A DNA stretch of 64,000 bases from Bacillota bacterium (GCA_012522335.1 JAAYKP010000043.1:1151-65150), one strand, 5' to 3'; numbered from the stretch's first letter, positions 27,238-36,000 are shown. The notes: generated by a model from the letters alone, not told the origin. Made by a program: numbers and translations.

Positions 27238-28207
27238 CCGGCTCTTCCCCCTTTACCCGCAAACATTGGACGGCCCGGCGGCCCTGCAGCGTACCGGCTT
27301 GGACTTCAAAGAGAGGCTGCCCCTCGACCCACAGCTCCAGCGGCTGGTTTATCTGCTGCTCCAGCACAATTACATCTCCCGGCTCAAACTGCAGAAAGTC
27401 CTGCATCCTGACAGCGGCCTGACCTAAGACAGCCGTCACCTCCACCTCAACAGGCGCTAAATTGGCGGCCAATAAACTTTTGTCTTTTTCTCCCGTCCGG
27501 GAGGTGGCAAACCAATGCTGTGCCGTTAAGTTCGCTACCACCGGTTCCAGGGTCAGAAAGGGAAAACAAAGATTAATGATACCCTTAACATCACCGATGA
27601 GAGTACTGAAAGTCATCAAAGCGACAGTTTCGGAAGAGGCAATCATTTGGTTAAACTGTGGATTGGTATCCATATTTTCAATTTGCGGTGTCAGCTCATA
27701 AACATCTTCCCAGGCATAACGCAAATTCTCCAGTATCTTGGCCAGCACACGCCGCATCACCGTCAGTTCAATTTCCGTCAATTCACGTGTGCCGGCAGGC
27801 ATCTCACCCCGGCCGCCGAAGAGCAGATCAATAATGGGGAAAACAAACTGCGGATTAGTTTCCAGCATAGCGCTGCCCAGGTCTTCGCCCACGGAAAAAA
27901 TAGTCATTAAAGTGGGGGTGGGTAAGGAAAAAATAAACTCCTCAAATGTTAGCTGTGAGACCGACTCCAGTGTAATCTGAATGCTGGTACGCAGATAGGC
28001 TGTGAGAAAGTTTGCTAAAATGCGGGCAAAATTCTCGTGGATATTCTGCAGTGTACGCACCTGTTCTTTAGAAAATTTATTCGGTCGTTTAAAATCATAT
28101 AAAGTAAGGGCATCTTTTTCCGCCCTTTTTTCATGTTCCGATAATTGACCGGAAGAAATGGCCTGTATAAGCGAATCAATTTCTTCTTGTGACAAGACGT
28201 CCTTCAT
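27230..28207 (-). CDS. fliM: flagellar motor switch protein FliM
   Basis: 325 aa. N-terminal LSQEEIDSLI CheY-P-binding peptide, FliM middle domain, and a C-terminal SpoA-like domain. Confidence 0.92.
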   Translation of the reverse strand: MKDVLSQEEIDSLIQAISSGQLSEHEKRAEKDALTLYDFKRPNKFSKEQVRTLQNIHENFARILANFLTAYLRTSIQITLESVSQLTFEEFIFSLPTPTLMTIFSVGEDLGSAMLETNPQFVFPIIDLLFGGRGEMPAGTRELTEIELTVMRRVLAKILENLRYAWEDVYELTPQIENMDTNPQFNQMIASSETVALMTFSTLIGDVKGIINLCFPFLTLEPVVANLTAQHWFATSRTGEKDKSLLAANLAPVEVEVTAVLGQAAVRMQDFLQFEPGDVIVLEQQINQPLELWVEGQPLFEVQAGTLQGRRAVQCLRVKGEEPDE

Positions 28208-28409
28208 AGCGGCACCACCAAATCATTTTAATGATAGATATTTCGCCAACAAGGGGGAAATCCCTTTAGGCAATCCAGACTTAGGCAAAAATAAGGAGCA
28301 GCCTGCGAGAGGAGGTTTAACTTAAACTTTGTCGAACTTATAAGAAAATTTAGGATCAAACGCGTAATGGCAATGCTCTGAACAAGGGCGAGTTAGGAGG
28401 CGACACAGC

Positions 28410-29888
28410 ATGGAAAACCCACAGTGGGAACTTGTACTCAGCGAAGACAACTTGGAAGCTAAACTCTGCCTTTCCCCTGATTTTTTAGGTGATATAAAGG
28501 AGCTGCGGGCAGCAGTTGCTGCAGCCGGCATCAAATTTGGGCTGCTGGCCGGAGCCCTGGAAGAAGCTCTGCACAAACGGGGCTGCCGCATTACTATTGC
28601 CAGGGGGATCCCGCCCCGGGCCGGCACAGATGACACCATCATCTTTAATATCCCTGAGGAAGAACTAACCGGTGAAATGATCACCAAACTGGACCAGGAC
28701 TTACGCTTTTCCTATCAAGTACCTTCAGTAACAGAAGGAGAAGTAATTGCTGCCTGGCAGCCGGGGCAGGCGGGAGCAGAGGGACAAGATGTGCTGGGCA
28801 GAATACTGCAGCCGCCTAAAATTCGCCGTCTGCAAATTATGTGCGGCAGAGGAACGGAATGTACGGCTGACGGTATTGTGAAAGCTACCGCGGCCGGCCG
28901 CCCGTCTCTGTTCCGCAGCCGGCAGCAGTACCGCTTTGAGGTTGTGCCCGTCTATCTCCACCAGCAGGACCTGACGATAGATATGCCCCGCCTCAAGTTT
29001 GCAGGCGATATAGTGATTAAAGGCAATGTGACTGAAGGAACCTCCATTGAAGCCCTGGGCAATGTGGATATCTTAGGTGATGTGATCGGCGCTGCCGTTA
29101 CCGCCGGTCAGTCTGTACGCGTTAACGGCAACATCATCCGCAGCACTATCCAGGCCGGTCATAATATTCAGGCATTAAAAGAAGCTGAGACGCTGCTGGA
29201 AGAATTAAAACAGCAGCTGGCAGTTTTACCGACCGCCATTAAGCAGCTGCAGGAGCAGTCACCGCTGCAGCACATACCTGTGCCGGTCGTGGTGGAAAAA
29301 GTGCTTGCGCTGCGCTATCCCACTTATAGGCAGGCGCTCACACAGCTGGAAACTGTTTTAAGCAGCGCAACAAAAAACATACCGGGTTTAGCCGCTATGT
29401 TAGACTGGCAGGCTGTCCTCAGCAGGCTGAGGACAAAAAAATGGCAGTCAGCGGCACAGATCGATCAGGTTCTGGACCTGGCAGCGGCACTCCAACGGCA
29501 GCTGCAGCACTTAACTGCCATTAAAGCTGATATTGTCTGCAATTATACCTTAAATTCACATTTAAAAGCTACCCAGAATATTACCATTAAGAGACAAGGG
29601 AGTTATCACAGCCAGTTACTGGCCGGAGACACCATCTCCATTGCCGGTATTGCCCGCGGCGGACAGCTGCAGGCCAGAGCAGCCATTAAGGTTAATAAAG
29701 TTGGATCGGAAGCAGGAGCGGCCACTACTTTGCAGGTAGGTAAAAAAGGCGTGATTGAGGTACTGACGGCGTATGAGAATACTAATTTCATGGTAGGCAC
29801 CAACAAACTGACCAGCACTGACACCATTGTCAACAGAACCGTTAAGCTCAACAAGGATGCCCGCATCACTTTACTGCCCCGCAGCTGA
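28410..29888 (+). CDS. FapA (DUF342) family flagellar-assembly-associated protein
   Basis: 492 aa. DUF342-type N-terminal domain, a beta-helix-like repeat region (GDIVIKGNV..GNVDILGDV..VRVNGNI) and a coiled segment. Confidence 0.8.
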   Translation: MENPQWELVLSEDNLEAKLCLSPDFLGDIKELRAAVAAAGIKFGLLAGALEEALHKRGCRITIARGIPPRAGTDDTIIFNIPEEELTGEMITKLDQDLRFSYQVPSVTEGEVIAAWQPGQAGAEGQDVLGRILQPPKIRRLQIMCGRGTECTADGIVKATAAGRPSLFRSRQQYRFEVVPVYLHQQDLTIDMPRLKFAGDIVIKGNVTEGTSIEALGNVDILGDVIGAAVTAGQSVRVNGNIIRSTIQAGHNIQALKEAETLLEELKQQLAVLPTAIKQLQEQSPLQHIPVPVVVEKVLALRYPTYRQALTQLETVLSSATKNIPGLAAMLDWQAVLSRLRTKKWQSAAQIDQVLDLAAALQRQLQHLTAIKADIVCNYTLNSHLKATQNITIKRQGSYHSQLLAGDTISIAGIARGGQLQARAAIKVNKVGSEAGAATTLQVGKKGVIEVLTAYENTNFMVGTNKLTSTDTIVNRTVKLNKDARITLLPRS

Positions 29889-30371
29889 AATTAATTCACC
29901 AATGCAGCGCAGACTTTTTTTGTAGTCATCCTGCTCCGGTTCAAGCTGTAAAGCTTTGGCATACCAGTGCCAGGCTAAACCTAGCTCGTCCAGCTTATAG
30001 CAGACGTAACCTAAAGCCGCGGCGCAGGCAGAACGCTGCGGGTCTAAACGCCAGGCCTGTTCCAGGTAAGGCAGAGCTTCTGCTATCTGCCCTTCATGAC
30101 AGTGAGCAATCCCCAGGTTCAGGAAAAGGGGGGCATATTCCGTCGAATTACGCACAGCCTGCTCATAAGCCCAAATGGCGGCCTGATACTCTTTCAGCTT
30201 CAGCCAACAGTTGCCCAGATTAAAAAAAGCAGGCCAGCAGTCGGGATCACACACTACTGCAGACAGCAAATAGAAAGCTGCTTCCCTGTATTTTCCCAGC
30301 CGCATGTAGAAGGCACCCTCCCGGTTGTAAGCGGCAGCGGCTTCCTTTTTTTCTTGTCTAAATTCACGCAT
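29871..30371 (-). CDS. tetratricopeptide repeat protein
   Basis: 166 aa from ATG 30371 (GGAGG 6 nt upstream; the ORF track uses GTG 30374). Repeated A..YL..A..DP/W..LG TPR pattern. Confidence 0.78.
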   Translation of the reverse strand: MREFRQEKKEAAAAYNREGAFYMRLGKYREAAFYLLSAVVCDPDCWPAFFNLGNCWLKLKEYQAAIWAYEQAVRNSTEYAPLFLNLGIAHCHEGQIAEALPYLEQAWRLDPQRSACAAALGYVCYKLDELGLAWHWYAKALQLEPEQDDYKKSLRCIGELISAAGQ

Positions 30372-30373
30372 CA

Positions 30374-30425
30374 CAGACCTCCGGAATATTTTTCCTTACA
30401 GGAATTATAGTCGAGCGGAGGTCTG
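30374..30425 (-). promoter_or_regulatory. hairpin masking the TPR gene ribosome-binding site
   Basis: Minus strand: CAGACCUCCG - 32 nt - CGGAGGUCUG, a 10-bp perfect stem. The 3' arm contains the SD GGAGG of the TPR gene. Confidence 0.45.
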
Positions 30426-30453
30426 TTTATGCATGGCAGAGTGTGATTATGTT

Positions 30454-31230
30454 TTAGCGTCGGAGATTATTGGCTATATCCAGCATTTCGGCAAAAGTCT
30501 GCAGTACCCGGGCATTAAGGGAAAAAGCCCGCTGACTGAGCAGCATACCGGTCATTTCCTGGGCCAAATCTACATTAGCGCTTTCTAAATAACCTTGTTT
30601 GAGGCGTGTCTCAGGACCCGGTGGCGCTATGCGGGCGGCACCGCTGTTGGGACCGGCAGCATAAAGATTTTGACCAAGCTGCACTAAACCGGCCGGATTA
30701 TCAAAGTAAGCCAGCTGTATCTGCCCCAGGGTCAGCTTTTCCCCGGCAGTGGTGACTACTGTCAGCATTCCGTCTTCACTAATCTGCAGTTCAGCTGCCG
30801 CCGCCGGCAGCTGCGGAAACTGCAGACGATAGCCCTGGGCCGTCACCAGGTTACCGCTGCTGTCTTTTTGCAGGTTACCGGCACGTGTATAAGCTTCGCT
30901 GCCGTCCGGCAGGGTCACACGGAAGTACCCATCCCCCACAATGGCCAGATCTAGCTCCCTGTTCGTCTCCAGATATGCACCTGCCCTGACATCCCGGCGC
31001 ACTGTGGCCATGGCCGTCCCTACACCGGTAACCACAGGCTTTGCCTCAGCGCCGACAGCCATAACGGCATTACCCCGCCGCGCGACCTGCTGATAGAGCA
31101 GGTCCTGAAACAGCAGTTCCTGCTTTTTATAGCCTGTGGTGTTAATGTTGGCAAGATTATGCGCAGTTACATCAACTTTCATTTGCTGCCCGCGCAGAGC
31201 GGAGGCGGCATTTTTTATTCCTCTCAGCAT
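30454..31230 (-). CDS. flgG: flagellar basal-body rod protein FlgG
   Basis: 258 aa. N-terminal NLANINTTGYKK motif and C-terminal GYLESANVDLAQEMTGMLLSQRAF motif. Confidence 0.9.
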   Translation of the reverse strand: MLRGIKNAASALRGQQMKVDVTAHNLANINTTGYKKQELLFQDLLYQQVARRGNAVMAVGAEAKPVVTGVGTAMATVRRDVRAGAYLETNRELDLAIVGDGYFRVTLPDGSEAYTRAGNLQKDSSGNLVTAQGYRLQFPQLPAAAAELQISEDGMLTVVTTAGEKLTLGQIQLAYFDNPAGLVQLGQNLYAAGPNSGAARIAPPGPETRLKQGYLESANVDLAQEMTGMLLSQRAFSLNARVLQTFAEMLDIANNLRR

Positions 31231-31241
31231 CTCATCCCCTC

Positions 31242-31994
31242 CTACAGCGCCCCAATTTCAGTCACAGCCTTGCCTGTCAGCTGATCCTGCGCCTGCAGCA
31301 CACGCTGGTTAGTTTCATAGAGGCGCAGTGCAGTCAGCATTCTACCCATTTCCTCCGCTATCTGCACATTGGAAGCTTCCAGATAACCCTGCTGCACCTG
31401 CCCGCCAAATGCGGCCCCCTCTTGCCCCGGCGCCGACCACAGGGCAGAACCCTCCTTCCGTAACGCCTGCAGGTCAGAAAAACTTACCAGCTCCAGCTGA
31501 CCGACCGCTTGATTATTAACAAAGATCCGGCCCTCAGCAGTAATCTGTACTTCCCCTGCCGGCAGCTGCAAAGAGCCCTGGCTGCCTACAACACGGTAGC
31601 CCTGCTCCGTCACCAGGTAGCGCTGGGCATCAAGGGTAAAGGCACCGCTGCGTGTATAGCGACGCCCCTGTGGCGTCTCAATCACAAAAAATCCATCGCC
31701 TGTAATGGCTAAATCCAGGGAACGATTTGTTTCCACCAGACTACCCGGCGCAAAATTGGTATGCATGCTGTCAACTACGGCACCCAATTCCATCCTGCCT
31801 ATCAACTGCCGCTGCTGACGGGACCGGGGCACCTGCAGTATGTTTGTCTCTTGATAGGCTCGCTGCAGGTCAAGCTCATGCTTAAATCCGCTTGTTTCTA
31901 CATTAGCCAGATTGTTGCTGATTGTCTCCTGGCGCACAACCTGCACCATCATGCCGCCGGCAGCGGTATAAAGACCACGGATCATTGACTTCAC
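31242..31994 (-). CDS. flgF: flagellar basal-body rod protein, FlgF/FlgG family
   Basis: 250 aa. NLANVETSGFK N-terminal motif and GYLEASNVQIAEEMGRMLTALRLYE C-terminal motif. The flgF versus second-flgG assignment is positional. Confidence 0.8.
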   Translation of the reverse strand: MKSMIRGLYTAAGGMMVQVVRQETISNNLANVETSGFKHELDLQRAYQETNILQVPRSRQQRQLIGRMELGAVVDSMHTNFAPGSLVETNRSLDLAITGDGFFVIETPQGRRYTRSGAFTLDAQRYLVTEQGYRVVGSQGSLQLPAGEVQITAEGRIFVNNQAVGQLELVSFSDLQALRKEGSALWSAPGQEGAAFGGQVQQGYLEASNVQIAEEMGRMLTALRLYETNQRVLQAQDQLTGKAVTEIGAL

Positions 31995-32165
31995 CAGCCT
32001 TTTACTCTTATTTCCGGAAAATCTCTTATTTAGTAAAGGGGACTACTTCCTCGGCGTAAACCATGCCCAGCTCACGCGCCAGGCGCTCTATTTCTGCAGG
32101 CGGCAGTGTTTTAGGGCCGCTGATCAGCATCACTATCGCCGCCAGGGCTAACCCCACACCCAGAC

Positions 32166-32654
32166 CTAGGAGAAAGTACCATTTTGTTTTTTCGCTTTCT
32201 GCCAGCCCAGTATTAATTCCACCTCACCCCTTCCCAGCTCCAGCTGTGCGGCAACTTCCGCCACTGACAGACCCTGCTCAAATAACCGATATACCTCCTG
32301 CTGCGGCCGGCGCTGCACAGCCGCCTCTGCCGCCGGTAATTGTCCCGCTGCCGGGCGCACCGTCAGCAGCAGTAATTTTTCCAGCTCCTGCAAACGCTTC
32401 TCCACAGCCTCCTGCTGCTGTTCCTGCCGGTTTAATAAAAACTGCAGTTTTTGCTTTATCTCCTCCTGCTCATACAGACCGGCCTCCACTACCTCCCGCA
32501 TTTCCTTCCAGGAGACCGCCTCAGCCGTGAGAACGGAGTCAGTGTGAGCCGGTGAATGCTGCATAAAAACATCAGCGGTAATATTTTTCAGTTTTAAAAC
32601 TGCTGTGAAAATTAACAACAGACCAAGCAGCAAAAGTAAATATTCCCTTCCCAT
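32166..32654 (-). CDS. hypothetical single-pass membrane protein (swrB-position gene downstream of sigD)
   Basis: 162 aa. N-terminal TM (YLLLLLGLLLIFTAVL), a Q/E-rich coiled segment, and a C-terminal HTH-like stretch (GLSVAEVAAQLELGRGEVELIL). No family recognised. Confidence 0.55.
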   Translation of the reverse strand: MGREYLLLLLGLLLIFTAVLKLKNITADVFMQHSPAHTDSVLTAEAVSWKEMREVVEAGLYEQEEIKQKLQFLLNRQEQQQEAVEKRLQELEKLLLLTVRPAAGQLPAAEAAVQRRPQQEVYRLFEQGLSVAEVAAQLELGRGEVELILGWQKAKKQNGTFS

Positions 32655-32674
32655 TTTTTCACCCTTAAATTATG

Positions 32675-33385
32675 CTAGCCCAAAGCAGTTCGTAAGCGGC
32701 TTAAAATTTGTGCATGCAGTTGGCACACCCGTGACTCTGTAACCCCTAAAACTAAACCGATTTCTTTTAACGTAAGCCCTTCCTGGTAATAAAGCGACAA
32801 TAATTGCTGATAACGTTCCGGCAGCCTTTTGATGGCCTCTGCCAAAAGCGCCCTTTCTTCCTCCGCCACCATTTTTTCTAAAGTCCCCTCTTCTTCAGCA
32901 GCGGCAGGCGGAGCAAAAAGGGTGTCCTCCAGCGACACTAAAGCACTGCAGTTGATATCCCGCAGTAATTTTTGCAGTTTCTGCAGGGGAATACCCAGCT
33001 CGTCTGCCAGTTCCTGCTCTTCCGGCTCCCGACCCAGGCTGCTTGTCAGTTTCTGTACAGCCTGATCTAAAGCACGCATTTGTTTAAACAGCGAACGGGG
33101 CAGCCAGGACAAACTGCGCAGCTCATCCAGCATGGCGCCGCGAATACGCGGCGCGGCAAAAGTTTCAAATTTTACGCCGCGCTGCGGATCATAACGGTTA
33201 TAGGCTTCCAGCAGCCCTAAAACACCTGCCTGCACCAAATCCTCCTCAGCAATGTGGGCAGGCAGCCCTAAAGCCAAACGGGAAGCATGATAGCGCACTA
33301 AGGGCAAATACTGCAGCACCGCTTCTGCTGCCTCTTCCTTTTCCTGCTGCTTGCCGTATTTTTGCCAGACATAGGCATTAATCAT
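32675..33385 (-). CDS. sigD: RNA polymerase sigma factor, FliA/WhiG/SigD family
   Basis: 236 aa from ATG 33385 (GGGGGAG 6 nt upstream; the ORF track starts 15 codons earlier). Region 2 (YNRYDPQRGVKFETFAAPRIRGAMLDELR) and region 4 (LTLKEIGLVLGVTESRVCQLH) are present. Confidence 0.9.
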   Translation of the reverse strand: MINAYVWQKYGKQQEKEEAAEAVLQYLPLVRYHASRLALGLPAHIAEEDLVQAGVLGLLEAYNRYDPQRGVKFETFAAPRIRGAMLDELRSLSWLPRSLFKQMRALDQAVQKLTSSLGREPEEQELADELGIPLQKLQKLLRDINCSALVSLEDTLFAPPAAAEEEGTLEKMVAEEERALLAEAIKRLPERYQQLLSLYYQEGLTLKEIGLVLGVTESRVCQLHAQILSRLRTALG

Positions 33386-34073
33386 TTTTTCTCCCCCGTA
33401 ACAGCCGCAGACTCTGACGCTGCTGCGCAAAAATATAATTAATAATCTGCTCTTCCTGTTCAGGACTGACTTCCGTAAACTCTACCCCTGCAGTTATCAT
33501 CCGCTCCTCACTTTCTTCACACCAGCGCACCGTACCCTGCAGGGTAAAACATTGTTCTTCGTTCCCGGGCAGGGCAAAGCTGACAATAAGCACATCATTT
33601 ATTTTTACAGGGCAGCTGGTGCTGAGTTTTAGGCCGCGGCCGGAAAGATCTTTTATTTTCCCGCCAAACTTTTTGCTGCTTTTACCGCCGGGGTCAGCGG
33701 CAGCCCGGAGCCGGAAAGAACAGGGCAGCACCACAGGCAGGCGGAAAAGTTCCCGCCGCTGTTTTCGTTTATAAGCTGACGGCCTTGCTAGAAGCAGCAG
33801 CGAAAGCTCACCGTGCTTTTTCCGTCCCACTACTACTGTCTCGAAAGTATAAACGGCATCAGCAGAGCAAAATTCTACCGTAACCCGTTCGCCAGGCTGC
33901 AGTAAAAGATACCGTCCCTGCAGCACAGGGAGCGAAATGGCCACTGTCTCAGCCTCCAGTTCCTGAATCATACTGGCATATACTTCACCATCAGGTTCAG
34001 TCCTTATTTCTACTTTCTGTCCAATATTGAGACGGCTTTTACCCATAAGCAACTCCCTTAAACTTTGTCCCAC
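33378..34073 (-). CDS. PilZ domain protein, YcgR/MotI-like flagellar brake
   Basis: 231 aa. N-terminal YcgR-type domain plus PilZ with RRxxxR (QRRELFR) and DxSxxG (DLSGRG) c-di-GMP motifs. Confidence 0.85.
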   Translation of the reverse strand: MGQSLRELLMGKSRLNIGQKVEIRTEPDGEVYASMIQELEAETVAISLPVLQGRYLLLQPGERVTVEFCSADAVYTFETVVVGRKKHGELSLLLLARPSAYKRKQRRELFRLPVVLPCSFRLRAAADPGGKSSKKFGGKIKDLSGRGLKLSTSCPVKINDVLIVSFALPGNEEQCFTLQGTVRWCEESEERMITAGVEFTEVSPEQEEQIINYIFAQQRQSLRLLRGRKND

Positions 34074-34936
34074 AGCTGCGCCAAACGATTAAAGAACCCT
34101 GAGAAGCCGCGCGGCTGCTCCGGAGGCAGAGACAGCAAAGCCCCGGCAATCTGCCGGATATTACCGGCAGCCCGACAGCGGGGGGAATGAAGGTAAAATG
34201 GCTGCTGCTGTTTCACTGCAGTCACCACATGTGCATCAGCACGTATTCCCCCCAGATACTGCAGTTCCACCTGCAGAAACTGTTGACTTACTGTCAGCAG
34301 GCGCTCAGCTATTTCTTTCCCCTCACGCTCACTGGAGATCAGATTAACCACTAAACCGATTTTCTGCTGCAGCTGCTGCGTGGCTGCCACTTTTACCATG
34401 CCGTAGGCATCGCGAATCGCCGTCGGCTCGGGTGTCGTAATGAGCAGCATTTCGTCAGCGGCAGCAACAAAAGATAATACGGTACGGGACAGACCTGCAC
34501 CTGTATCAATGAGTAAAATATCCGCACTTTCCTCCAGCGCCGCCAGTTTATCTATCAGGGCCTTACGCTGCTTCTCTCCTAAATCTGCCAGCTCGGACAG
34601 TCCCGATCCTCCCGGCAGCAGCCTAATCTCGGCCGGTCCGTCAAGGGCTATGTCCGCCAGGCTTTTTGTGCCGCGCACCACATCATGGAGGGTGTGCTGC
34701 GGCAGCAGGCCTAACATAATGTCAACGTTAGCCAAACCTAAATCGGCATCAAGCACCATCACTCTTTTGCCCAGCAGGGACAAAGCAATGGCCAGGTTGA
34801 CGACCAAACTTGTCTTCCCCACACCGCCCTTACCGCTGGTAACGGTAATCACGCGGCTCTTATTTTTTGCCTTCAGCACCGTGGGGGCGGTTTGCTGCTT
34901 CCATACTAACTGCCGTAAGCGTTCCGCCTGATCCAA
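34058..34936 (-). CDS. flhG: MinD/ParA-family flagellar number regulator FlhG (YlxH/FleN)
   Basis: 292 aa. Deviant Walker A SGKGGVGKTS. Position after flhF. Confidence 0.9.
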   Translation of the reverse strand: MDQAERLRQLVWKQQTAPTVLKAKNKSRVITVTSGKGGVGKTSLVVNLAIALSLLGKRVMVLDADLGLANVDIMLGLLPQHTLHDVVRGTKSLADIALDGPAEIRLLPGGSGLSELADLGEKQRKALIDKLAALEESADILLIDTGAGLSRTVLSFVAAADEMLLITTPEPTAIRDAYGMVKVAATQQLQQKIGLVVNLISSEREGKEIAERLLTVSQQFLQVELQYLGGIRADAHVVTAVKQQQPFYLHSPRCRAAGNIRQIAGALLSLPPEQPRGFSGFFNRLAQLWDKV

Positions 34937-36000
34937 GACTGCTCACCCCTCAAGATTAGCTGCGCTATTTTTTCCCTATCCGCTTCTTCCAGATCATCTG
35001 GTACATTTTGTCCCGTTGTCAGGTAAGTAAGGGGCAAACCTGTGGCATAGGTAGTATTAAGAATAGCACCGAAATTGGCAGTTTCATCAAGTTTAGTAAA
35101 AATTAAACGATTATAGCCCACTTTACGAAACCTTTCGGTGATCAGATGTAAGTCTTTTGCCTTGGTCGTCACACTTAAGACTAAAAAGACTTCCGCCGCC
35201 GGCAGCTGGGTCAGAAAAGAATTCAGCTCCGCCACCTGCATGGAATTTTTAGCGCTGCGCCCTGCCGTATCCACCAGAATCAGATCCAGCCCGGCTAATT
35301 TTTCTAAGGCAGCCTGCATGTTTTTGGGTGTAATTACTACCTCGATGGGGATCTCGGTAATGGCGGCATAGGTACGCAGCTGCTCCACGGCACCAATGCG
35401 ATAGGTGTCAATGGTAATCATCCCCACACGCTTCTTTTCGGTCAGGACAAAATGGGCCGCCAATTTGGCCAAAGTTGTTGTTTTGCCCACACCGGTAGGA
35501 CCGGTAAAGACTAAAATTTTGGCCGCAGCCGGCAGTTTTTCCGTAGGCAGATACTGCTGGATTTTTTTACTTAACATTAACTCCAGTACTTCAGCTTTTA
35601 TGTTGTCACCAAGCTCATATTCCTGCTCGATTTCCATCAGCAGTGCCTGGGCCACATGTGTTTCCACACCTTGTGCCACTAATTGCTGTAAATATGTGAA
35701 ATATGGGCCCTTGCTGCTTATAGTCTGCTTTTGCTGGTGAGCGAGCAGCTGGTTAACCAACTGCTTTAATTCCCCCATTTCCTGCTGCCACGATTGTTCC
35801 AGGGCTGCCAATTTGGCCTGACTGCCGGCGGCGCTGTCTACTGCTGCCGTTATTTCCACTTTCGGCGGCCGCAAAAAACCCCAGATTCCTTTTTGACGCA
35901 CCTTGCGGCTTTGAATGATAATGGCATCCGGACCCAACTCCTGCTTAATCTGCTGCATTCCTTCCTGCATAGTATCTACACAGTACGTTTTAATCTTCAA
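34906..36000 (-). CDS. flhF: flagellar biosynthesis SRP-type GTPase FlhF
   Basis: 364 aa. GPTGVGKTTT (G1), DTAGR (G3), TKLDE (G4). Confidence 0.9.
   Translation of the reverse strand: MKIKTYCVDTMQEGMQQIKQELGPDAIIIQSRKVRQKGIWGFLRPPKVEITAAVDSAAGSQAKLAALEQSWQQEMGELKQLVNQLLAHQQKQTISSKGPYFTYLQQLVAQGVETHVAQALLMEIEQEYELGDNIKAEVLELMLSKKIQQYLPTEKLPAAAKILVFTGPTGVGKTTTLAKLAAHFVLTEKKRVGMITIDTYRIGAVEQLRTYAAITEIPIEVVITPKNMQAALEKLAGLDLILVDTAGRSAKNSMQVAELNSFLTQLPAAEVFLVLSVTTKAKDLHLITERFRKVGYNRLIFTKLDETANFGAILNTTYATGLPLTYLTTGQNVPDDLEEADREKIAQLILRGEQSWIRRNAYGS

Noticed and set aside
28240-28270. SigD-like promoter upstream of fliM (minus strand TAAAGGGA..GGCGAAAT).
   Set aside because: The -10 matches only 6/8 and the spacing is 2-3 nt too long relative to TAAAGTTT-N11-GCCGATAA. 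Not reported as a feature.
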